DNA of 64,000 nt from Takakia lepidozioides (taxonomy: Eukaryota > Plantae > Bryophyta): positions 3,968,001-4,032,000 of the forward strand of contig CM060734.1 in assembly GCA_030704615.1 (NCBI GenBank), written 5' to 3'. A program made the translations under genes and the position numbers. The notes beneath the pieces are model-generated. The model did no database searches. It had not been told where the DNA came from and saw only the letters and a program-made list of their open reading frames with translations. Positions 26,630 to 36,827 of this stretch are shown here, piece after piece; position 1 is the stretch's first letter; the number at the start of each line of letters is the position of its first letter.

Positions 26630-27600
26630 CCGGATGAAGGCATATGCCTTCTGGACTTATTTGGCGGGATCAGCACTGGATTGGCTGCAGTGCTGCAGGC
26701 AGGTGTACGAGTACGACGTTACCTGTATGTGGAGAGGGATGAGACTGCACGACGCGTCTCACTGCGCCATGTTGCTCAGATGGTGCAGCAGCACCCTGAG
26801 TTGTTGCCGGTGTCTGCAGTTCGTGGATATCAGCAGGCCTTGCCAGCAGACATTGCGTTGCTGGGGGCGCAGGATTTGGAGCGGGTTGGCTCCATTGATC
26901 TGGTAGTGGCAGGTTGGCCCTGCCAAGGGCATTCATCAGCCGGGCATGGCAATGGATTGCGAGACTCGAGGACGGGTCTGTTTTGGGAGATGGTGCGGAT
27001 TTTGCGCCACTTGCAGCTTCATCAGGCTGTATCTCCGGCATACATCTTGGAGAATGTGCCACTGATGGGTGATTCTCGGGCCAGGGTGATGGCCAGTGTG
27101 CGTCAAGTCCGGTCGTGGCTTGGGTCAGCAGTATTGCTGGATGCAGCTGCAGTGGGGTCACGGGCTCATCGTCCACGACTATGGTGGACTAACTTGATGC
27201 CACCCGCACTGCTCAAGCGTGCATTTGATGGGGTGCAGCGGCTAGCACACCTCACCGTGGATGGCATTTTGGACACAGGAAGGCAGTCTCAACGTGTGAG
27301 ACACGATGACCGTTCGCCTTTGGCAGTGGTCAACAGGGTGGGTCAACCACGAGCAGCATTACCTACACTGCTCAGCTTCCCAGGATCCCATGCTTTTCGG
27401 GATGGTGGACCTGGCCTCCTGTGGGATGCTCATTGCAGCAGTTAGTGGAGCCTAATGCCGACGAGCGAGAGCGGGCTATGGGGTTTTCCACTGGGACCAC
27501 GGCGGTGCCTTCCCTTTCTGAGGCATCACGTCGTCAGGTGTTGGGGCAAGCAATGGATCTCAATTGCTTGACCTGGATTGTCAGCTTGGCTATGGCTGAG
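26630..27600 (+). CDS. C5 cytosine DNA methyltransferase domain (DNMT3-like) within pol; one frameshift ~27430
   Basis: Motif I LDLFGGIS; II YVERD; IV AGWPCQG (catalytic Cys codon 26921-26923); VI ILENV; VIII RAHRPRLWWTNL; IX ERERAMGF; X RRQVLGQAM. Confidence 0.95.
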
Positions 27601-28049
27601 CAACGTAGAGTGCGGAGTGCACTTCCCTTGATGGTCTCTCTGCCTACCGAGACGGTACAGGCAGCGAGTGGGGGCGAGCCGGTGAGGACCACGAGGTGTA
27701 GACATCCATGGCACATGTGGGAGGTGCTCGAGGTTCAGAGGGAGTTGGCAGCGAAGGCAGCTGTGATGTGGATGAGGTTGGGGATTCTTCTCGGGATGAG
27801 GAGGTTCTCAATGATGAGATGATGGGGCAGGATGAGGCCTTGTCATTGATTGAGCAGGAAGGGGGTACTGCTCAAGAGGTTGCAGCATAGCAACCACGGG
27901 ACGCGTCCTCTACCTCTAAGCCCACTGGACTTAAGGTTGCAGTTACGGAGGACAATTGGGAGCCTGATATTGGACCCATTGTCACCGGAGGAGAGAGACG
28001 ACGTATACGGCGGTTCCTGAGGGCTTACAGGAATTGCTTTGCCTTCAGT

Positions 28050-29563
28050 TTGAAGGACTTGGGAGCACTGAAGGGTCAAGAGATCCGTATTGAGTTGGCC
28101 ACTGACACGCCAATCTTTCGGAGACCCTATAGATACAGTGACATGGAGAGGTCTTTGATTCAGATGAGGACTCAAGATCTCTGGGAGGCAGGTTTGGTGG
28201 AGCTCTCTGGTGGAGAGTATGCTTCAGCCACAGTGATGCCAGCTAAGAAGGATGTCTATGGCAATTGGACGGAGAGACGTATGTGCGGTGATTACCGGCC
28301 TGTAAATCGTCAGACCAAGTCCGATAGGTATGCCATGCCAACACCAGAGGAGATCTTTGATGCCATTGGGCATTCCAAGGTCTTTAGCACGTTGGATTTA
28401 CGATCCGGATATCACCAGTTGCCGATCAAGGAGGCGGATAAGCAAAAGACGGCATTCTGGGGGATCAATGAGCACGGGAAGGATTGCCTATACCAGTGGC
28501 GGTTCTTACCATTTGGGCTTAAAAACGCTCCCGCTGAGTTTCAAAGAGTCATGGACAGGATTCTAGCAGGGGTGGAGTTTGCTCGGTGCTACATAGATGA
28601 CATCATCATCTTTAGTGCTACGGTGGAGGAGCATGAGAGACACCTTCAGGGGGTATTTGAGCGCTTGAGGACGCACGGATTGAAGTTACATCCGGGCAAG
28701 TGCAAGTTTTTCCACAACCAGATTGAGTATCTGGGTCACATGATATATCCTGGAGGATTGGGGGTACAGCAGACTAAGGTAGAGTCCATTGCACAGGTTC
28801 CACGCCCCACGGATGTGAGCCGAGTTCGAGCTTTCATGGGGTTAGCAAACTATTACAGACGGTTTGTTAAGGGATTTAGTGCCATTGCAAAGGCTCTAAC
28901 CAAGCTGACCAAGGTGGACCAGGAGTGGCAGTGGGAAGATGAGCAAGAACAAGCTTTTCAAGAGCTCAAGGCGAGGTTGACCTCGGCGCCATCTTGAGAC
29001 GACCTATCAGGGGGCGTCCTTTTCAGCTGCATACAGATTGGAGCATGCTGGGGCTTGGAGCGGTGCTCACACAGGTGGATGATGAGGGAAGAGAGTTCGT
29101 AGTGGCTTATGCTAGCCGCTCGAACAATGCTGCAGAGTCTAAGTATAGCTCATATGAGGGAGAATGCTTAGCTGCAGTGTGGGCCGTGGCACACTTCAGG
29201 TGCTATTTATACGGCAATCTCTTCACCCTTGTCACGGATCACCAACCACTCAAGTGGTTGATGGAGTCAGACAAGCTTACGGGGAAGCTTGCACGGTGGG
29301 CACTCATCCTTCAAGAGTATGACTTTCAGGTGGTGCATCGACCGGGTTTGGTCAATCGAAATGCAGATGGGTTGAGTCGCAATCCATGCACGAGCCAGCA
29401 GGATGACACTGGAGCTCGGTGGCATGGTGAGACGGACGAGGAGATGGTGCCCGGATGGCATGCATCTGCATTTCTGTGTATCTTGGCAGCGGAAGGCCAG
29501 GTTGGACCTACAACAGGGATGACTGTAGATCAAGTGTCTGAGGACCCTGAGGGCCAGCAATGA
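28050..29563 (+). CDS. pol: Reverse transcriptase plus RNase H (frameshift ~28995)
   Basis: LDLRSGYHQ, LPFGLKNAP, YIDD; TDWS, YSSYEGECLA, TDHQPL, NADGLSR. Confidence 0.95.
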
Positions 29564-29603
29564 GCAGGGTGGCGCCAAAGATATACATGAGGATTCATGG
29601 GAT

Positions 29604-31539
29604 GCGAGTGGGGGCAGCCGGTGAGGACCACGAGGTGTAGGATCCATGGCCACATGTGGGAGGTGCTCGAGGTTCAGAGGAGTTGGCAGCGAAGAGCTGT
29701 GATTATGAGGTTGGGGATTCTTCTGGGATGAGGAGGTTCAATGATGAGATGATGGGGCAGGATGAGGCCTTGTCATTGATTGAGCAGGAAGGGGGTACTG
29801 CTCAGAGGTTGCAGCATAGCAACACGGGGAAGCGTCCTCTACCTCTAAGCCACTGGACTTAAGGTTGCAGTTACGGAGGACAATGGGAGCCGATATTGGA
29901 CCATTGTCACCGGAGGAGAGAGACGACGTATACGGCGGTTCCTGAGGCTTACAGGATTGCTTTGCCTTCAGTTTGAAGGACTTGGGAGCACTGAAGGGTG
30001 GGGTCAGAGATCCGTTTGAGTTGGCCACTGACACGCCAATCTTCGGAGACCCTATAGATACAGTGACATGGAGAGGTCTTTGATTCAGATGAGGACTCAA
30101 GATCTCTGGGAGGCAGGTTTGGTGGAGACTCTCTGGTGGAGGGAGAGTATGCTTCGACCACAGGATGCCAGCTAAGAAGGATTGTCTATGGCAATTGGAC
30201 GGAGAGACGTAAGAGACGTATGTGCGGTGATTACCGGCCTGGTAAATCGTCAGCAAGTCCGATAGGTATGCCATGCCAACACCAGAGGAGATCTTGATGC
30301 CATTGGGCATTCCAAGGTCTTATACCGTTGGATTTACGATCCGGATATCACCAGTAGTTCCGATCAAGGAGGCGGATAAGCAAAAGACGGCATTCTTGGG
30401 GGATCAATGAGCACGGGAAGGATTGCCTATACCAGTGGCGGTTCTTACCATTTGGGCTTAAAAAACGCTCCCGTGAGTTCACAAGAGTCATGGACAGGAT
30501 TCTAGCAGGGGTGGTTTGCTCGGTGCTACATAGATGACATCATCATCTTTAGTGCTACGGTGGTGGAGGAGCATGAGAGACACCTTCAGGGTTTATTTGA
30601 GCGCTTGAGGCGCCACGGATTGAAGTACATCCGGGCAAGTGCAAGTTTTTCCACAACCAGATTGAGTATCTGGGTCACATGATGTATATCCTGGAGGATT
30701 GGGGTACAGCAGACTAAGGTAGAAGAGTCCATTGCACAGGTTCCACGCCCCACGAGATGTGAGCCGAGTTCGAGCTTCATGGGTTAGCAAACTATTACAG
30801 ACGGTTTTGTGGTTAAGGGATTTAGTGCCATGCAAAGCTCTAACCAAGCGACCAAGGTGGACCAGGAGTGGCAGTGGGAAGATGAGCAAGAACAAGGTTT
30901 CAAGAGCTCAAGGGAGGTTGACCTCGGCGCCCATCTTGAGACGACCATCAGGGGGCGTCCTTTCAGCTGCATACAGATTGGAGCATGCTGGGGCTTGGAG
31001 CGGTGCTCACACAGGTGGATGAATGAGGGAAGAGAGTCGTAGTGGCTTATGCAGCCGCGCGAACAATGCTGCAGAGTCTAAGTATAGCTCATATGAGGGA
31101 GAATGCTTAGCTGCAGTGTGGCCGTGGCACACTTCAGGTGCTATTTATACGGCAATCTCTTCACCCTTGTCACGGATCACCAACCACTCAAGTGTTGATG
31201 GAGTCAGACAAGCTTACGGGGAAGCTTGCACGGTGGGCAATCATCCTTCAAGAGTATGACTTTCAGGTGGTGGTGTTGATCGACGGGTTTGGTCAATCGA
31301 AATGCAGATGGGTTGAGTAGCAATCCATGCACGAGCCAGCGGATGACACTGGAGCTTGGCATGGGTGGCATGGTGAGACGGACGAGGAGATGGTGCCCGG
31401 ATGGCATGCATCTGCATTTTGTGTATCTTGGCAGCGGAAGGCCAGGTTGGACTACAACAGGATGACTGTAGATCAAGTGTCTGAGGACCCTAAGGCCAGC
31501 AATGAGCAGGGTGGCGCCAAAGATATACATGAGGATTCA
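29604..31539 (+). repeat. Indel-riddled tandem duplicate of 27664-29598 (RT-RH), probable assembly artefact
   Basis: Near-identical sequence with many 1-3-bp indels. Confidence 0.8.
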
Positions 31540-32975
31540 GTTGTGTTGACTACCTCCGCAGTGGAGACACGGCAGCCACTATGACTGCCAAGGAGAGGGA
31601 TCGGATCCTACAACGAGCCAAGAGGTTCAGGTGGAGGGGACACACCTGCTCCGAGTGTGGGGGATGGTCGAGTGAGGATTGTGCCTCACCAAACACAGCG
31701 GGCACGGTTAGTGCGGCATGCCCATGAGGAGTTGGGGCATTTTGGGGTGCGACGCACTCATATAGTCTACTGCAGGGGCAGTAGTATTGGTGGCGTGGTA
31801 TGCCACACAGAGGTTACAACACTTTGTGGCTAGGTGCATGGTGTGTGACAGGTGCGTGCTTCATTCAACGCCCTACTCCACAATTGCACCCTCTTCCGAT
31901 CATGGGATTGGGCTACAGGTGGAGTCTTGACTTCGCAGGGCCGTTGCCACTGACCATGCGCCACAACAAGTACGTGTTGGTGATGGTGGAGCACTTCTCC
32001 AAGTGGATTGAATTGGTTCCATTGCCTGATAAGGCTAGTGAGGGAGCTGCGTATGCATTCCTGGATTGTGTGCTTAGCCGATTCGGTGCTCCAGCTGAGG
32101 TACTCACGGACCAAGGGAGAGAGTTCTTGGGGGGAGGTTTCAGGCTTTGTGTGACAAAAAGCCTTGATAGACCACCGCACCACTTCTCGGGATCATCCTG
32201 AAGCCGATGGCTTGGCAGAGAGAGAGTTGTTCAGACAGTAAGTAAAGAGGGTTTGCGCAAGTATGGCTTGCAGAAGGGACCCTAGGAGATTGGGACCTTC
32301 AGTTACCCTGGTTAGCCATGGGCTACAGGTTCAGCAAGCAAGCATCACTTGCCTCTTTCTCACCATACTTTCTTCTCTTTGGCCGAGAGACGGATTTGCC
32401 TACATCCATTCGCAGAGAAGCTGCTACAGTTCTTAACCTTGACGATCCGGACGTGTGGGCACGTGCATGTGAGCAGCGTGCAGAGTTGTTCAAGAGAGTC
32501 ATGCCCATGGCTTTCGAGAACCTTGCCATTGCACAACACCGTGATACGTTGAGGTATGCTACCATACGTGGTGGGGGCTATCGTCCTGGGGTTCGGAGAT
32601 TCAACCCTGGTGACTATGTCTATCTGCAGCAGACTGCTCCTACGACCCTAGATGTGACTGCAGGACGTGTTATTTGAGGGTCGAGAGGTCTTGCCCTCAG
32701 GCGTCTTGGTCTTGGAGGGTCGGGATGGCATCACTTGGAAGGACCATGTGCGTAATTGTGCGCCATGTCACCTTCCGAATGTCGATGGCAGGATTGACCC
32801 AAACCTGGCAGTGGTATCTGCAGGTTTGAGGTGCATGTTGTGTGGGTCTGCTAAAGGGGCAGCCACCATGCTGGTATGTGATCGGTGCTCTAGAGGTTGG
32901 CATATGGGATGCTTGACTCCACCTCTTGAGATGGTTCCGGATGGGGATTGGTTATGTCCACATTGCATTGGATAG
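31540..32975 (+). CDS. Integrase with C-terminal PHD finger (frameshifted)
   Basis: HEELGHFG..CMVC; WSLDFAGP; TDQGREF; PHD CMLC..CDRC..HMGC..WLCPHC at ~32830-32966. Confidence 0.9.
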
Positions 32976-33241
32976 TGGAGTGGATACAACCATGGGAGGT
33001 TAACAAGAAACGCAAGACCCAGCTACTAGGAGACCTTGACCACACGAGATCTTGGCTCAAGTTCATAGATGGCAAGACGGCGACTAACGATGGGGCTACT
33101 CTTGTACCCGGCCTCTTGGTCTATAGAGTTTGAGTACAATAGGGACAGTGTGATAGAGGACTTAGTACGGCTGTGGCTATTACATCTTGTAGCTATCTGG
33201 AGGTAGAGGGACCTATCACCACTAGCGATAGGGGGGCCGAT

Positions 33242-33772
33242 TGGGCAGACTACTTTATTGTGCATATATGTGTAGGTGTGGTTTGGACAGCGATAGTGTA
33301 GTTGTATGTTGTTAGCGAATGTATGCGCACGACAGCTGTCAAGTTAAATAAGCACAGTGTGAAAACAGCTAGAATAAAACTAGTTATTTGTATTTAACAC
33401 TTGGATTTAGGTCAAGTGTTAAATCAGGTGTCAAGTTTAGTTTGACACCTGGTCCGTCTTATCTTCACGAGAGAGGCAGTCGCGCGGCTCATCTTTCTCG
33501 AGTTGAGCCTGCGCGACCGAGCTCCTGCATCGTTTAGATGAGAGTGCTTATGATGGGAGTGTAGGTTGTTGGGGGTGGAGTCCCCATAGCTTGGGGTGCC
33601 CCTGGTCGACTACTATTTCAAAGAGTGATGGTTTTGGTTTTCATGCTTTGCCAGGGTGTGTCCTTAGCTTCTTATCATTGTGGCAGACTACTTTATTGTG
33701 CATATATGGGTGGTGTGGTTGTTTGGACAGCGATGTAGTTGTGTTTAGCGATATGTATGACGAGCCAAGACA
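33242..33772 (+). repeat. Full 3' LTR (33242-33677) followed by a second copy of its first ~90 bp (33679-~33765)
   Basis: ggcagactactttattgtgcatatatg occurs right after the PPT and again after CTTATCA. Confidence 0.8.
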
Positions 33773-35479
33773 ACATGCAGAGCGTACATCGATTCATGTG
33801 GAAACATTACCGGAAATTGGGGAAGGATGAGCAGAGGGAAATGGGAGGACGACTTACTTCGTATATCACCTCCACCATTCCATCCATAGTGAGACAATAC
33901 CATGTCCGGTCAGAGCTTTTTGCCACAGCTTTCTGAATGAGCTCGGGCTCCAGCATTTCCGTTCGCGAACATGTGCGGATCAGTGAGACCAGTTTTCCTC
34001 ACCATGTACACATATGTGAATGTGGTATCACGTACGCATTTTCAGCGACCCGGCAAGGCACACTCTCCAGTTCAGTCCAGGAAAGCACGGAAACAAAACA
34101 GATTGGAAACCGAAATGCGGCACCGCATTTCGAACGTGCTTGGGAGGGTATGAGTATCTTACAAGTTGAGGTCCGCCATGGCATTCTTGAGCAGGGAGGA
34201 GTCTGCCGCCTTCACCTTGAGGATGACACACTCCACCATGTAATGCCAGCCAATGTGCTTGGCATGGTTCTGCTTGATGTACTCCCACCAGTGAGGTCGG
34301 TGATTCCCGTCCCACACAAAGAACATTTTGACCCGACATATGCCGAAGTCGGGATCACCCTTCAGTGTTGCCTCGAATTCGTCGTTGCGAGTGGCCAGTG
34401 GGTATCCCATGTTGACAATCCTCCGCAGTGGGTCCACAAGATTTGCCGTCCTCATTTTCAAGGGAAACGTAGAAGGCTGGCGAACCTAGACGGTACCCTT
34501 CTCGAAATGCAAACTTGAGAGCTTATCCACATCTCCGGGAAGTGCCTGCCATGACGGATGGGAAGGGAGACCATGCGACAGAGTGGGATTTGAAGAGTCC
34601 GCTTGGAATACACTGAGGCCCAGAACTCTGCCAATGCTACTATGTGTCTTCTCCAACATTGTATCCGCTGCACTTTGGAATTCCTCCGGAGACATTTCTG
34701 CTGGTGGCGGCAGGAGGGGATGAGCAGCTTGAGCATCCCCAACTGGAGCTGCACTCTGGGGAATCTTTGCGGAAATTTGCAATCCAGAGGCCTCCTCCGG
34801 GCCTTCAGTGGTCAGGTCTTTCTCAATGTGGTCAGGTCTTGCTGAGAACGTTGAGAGGCAAGCACCCTCCTCCGGGTACCAGATCGACGGGTCGATCCCA
34901 TTGCCTTCGCCGCAACAGAAGACGCCCCCCAACATCAGCAGGCTGGAAATCAAGCAGGAACTGGGCTTCAGCTCGTGGAATCGGTTTGCGGGAGACTGCT
35001 CCGGCCCTCCCCCTGATTGCCTTGTGCTTCCTATTCTTGCAGGTGAAGGTGTCTACTGCATTGAATCTGCTTCATTTGCCTGGGTGGGGGGGAAACGGCC
35101 CTGGTCCGGTTCAGAAACAAGTTGAAACGGGACGGGCTTTTTTGCTTCTTCTTCGTCTTGCTGGAGAAGGGCTAGACCCCTGTTGGCAATTCTCCATGAC
35201 CTTTGAAGGCAAAGTCGCTCTCTGGGGCTTTGAACTCACAAAAGCACCACTTGGGTTCGAAAGGGTGGACGAAAGTGCTCCTCGTGGACTTTGCGTCATT
35301 ACGAAATTCGAATCGTTCAGGATACGCATGATTCGAATCATTATCCAACGGTCAGGCGCGCCGCCTCATGCCACTTCAGTCAGATATAGAGTGCAGACAT
35401 GTGTGTCGCAATTCCGTTGCTCCACGTGTTCACATTTCAAGGCATTTCCATCCCAGCGTATGATGAGTAGAGTGAAAGG

Positions 35480-36327
35480 CGAATGCGGCGCCGCATTTCC
35501 GTTAAGTACCATCACGAAGCTACACAATCCGTACTTGTGGAAGAAAAATGCGGCACCGCCTTTCGTTCCACCTTCACATACCTTAGTTGTTGAACGGAAA
35601 TACGGTGCCGCATTCGTCCCACAACTCCATGTATGAGATACAAACGGGAATGCGGCGCCGCATTTCTGTTTCTGGAATGTCGAAAGGTGCGATTCGGACG
35701 GAAATGCGGCACAACATTTCAATTCCCGTGCATGATTTCAATCTGAACGGAAATGCGGTAACGCATTTCGTTCCCCCTTCACATACCTTAGTTGTTGAAC
35801 GAAAAGGAAATAGGGTGCCGCTTTCCGTCCCACAAATCCATGTGTGAGATACAAAAGGGGAAATGCGGGAGCACTTTCCGTCTGGAATGTCGAAAGGTGC
35901 GATTCGGACAGAAATGCGGCACAACATCAGTTCCCGTGGTTCATGGATTGTACTAGGAACGGAAATGCGGTACCGCATTTCCGTTCCCCTTCACATACCT
36001 TAGTTGATGAACGGAAATGTCGTGCCACATTTCCGTTCGGAAAGTATAGAGGTCTCACCTGAACGGAAATGCGTGCGGCATTTCCGGGTTAGAAAGTTTG
36101 AAGTCTCACATGGATGGAAATGCGGCACCACATTTCCGTCCCACGCTACAGGCCTCATATACAACCGGAAAGGCGGCGCGCATTTCCGTTATAGTATGTC
36201 GGAAGGCGACTCGGACGGAAATGCGGTGCCGAATTCCGTTCTAGTATGTCGGAAGGTGCGACTCGGACGGACATGCGGTGCCGCATTTCTGTTCCGTTGT
36301 TCACGATTTCAGTTAGACGGAAATGCG
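35480..36327. repeat. Array of ~17 GGAAATGCGGCGCCGCATTTCC-type palindromes at ~51-52-bp spacing
   Basis: Counted directly; runs into the gap. Confidence 0.9.
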
Positions 36328-36827
36328 NNNNNNNNNNNNNNNNNNNNNNNNNNNNNNNNNNNNNNNNNNNNNNNNNNNNNNNNNNNNNNNNNNNNNNNNN
36401 NNNNNNNNNNNNNNNNNNNNNNNNNNNNNNNNNNNNNNNNNNNNNNNNNNNNNNNNNNNNNNNNNNNNNNNNNNNNNNNNNNNNNNNNNNNNNNNNNNNN
36501 NNNNNNNNNNNNNNNNNNNNNNNNNNNNNNNNNNNNNNNNNNNNNNNNNNNNNNNNNNNNNNNNNNNNNNNNNNNNNNNNNNNNNNNNNNNNNNNNNNNN
36601 NNNNNNNNNNNNNNNNNNNNNNNNNNNNNNNNNNNNNNNNNNNNNNNNNNNNNNNNNNNNNNNNNNNNNNNNNNNNNNNNNNNNNNNNNNNNNNNNNNNN
36701 NNNNNNNNNNNNNNNNNNNNNNNNNNNNNNNNNNNNNNNNNNNNNNNNNNNNNNNNNNNNNNNNNNNNNNNNNNNNNNNNNNNNNNNNNNNNNNNNNNNN
36801 NNNNNNNNNNNNNNNNNNNNNNNNNNN
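36328..36827. other. Assembly gap (500 N)
   Basis: N run. Confidence 1.

Larger units (their letters stand above)
19898..33772 (+). mobile_element. Ty3/Gypsy LTR retrotransposon encoding gag-PR-DNMT-RT-RH-INT-PHD
   Basis: Direct repeats 19898-20244 and 33338-33677; purine tract ~33228-33240; full pol motif set; flanks share ACAT. Confidence 0.92.
16646..35197 (-). pseudogene. Multi-exon gene: ParB/Srx-like N-terminal domain fused to a beta-class amino (N6A/N4C-type) DNA methyltransferase fold; has frameshifts and a Gypsy element in one intron
   Basis: FFVWDGNHR (~34300); DMIILDIPDG (~18090, DPPY-equivalent); spliced RSPAFIQTIMETCTDVEGTVLDLICGRG|ASMWAGRFSDRHLFAYKED (motif X/I); in-phase GT-AG introns 33857-19882, 17831-17736, 17470-17369, ~17172-17067; start at 35197 is a guess. 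Confidence 0.75.
12512..36327 (-). mobile_element. Large MULE-family element (left TIR at 12512, other end lost in gap) carrying cargo genes and palindrome arrays, with a nested Gypsy insertion
   Basis: TIR GGGGGCTGCTATTTCATGAGC plus catgagc repeats; shares the palindrome and cargo gene with the 1-8148 element; right boundary is inferred. Confidence 0.65.

Noticed and set aside
29604-31539. Retrotransposon with two RT-RNaseH modules
   Set aside because: The second copy differs mainly by small indels typical of unpolished long reads; likely misassembly
19898-33772. DIRS/PAT/Ngaro tyrosine-recombinase retroelement (split repeats plus methyltransferase)
   Set aside because: It has an aspartic protease, DDE integrase and PPT, no YR, and its methyltransferase is C5-type
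16646-35197. Bacterial contamination as the source of the ParB-methylase
   Set aside because: The gene has spliceosomal introns and is interleaved with plant TEs
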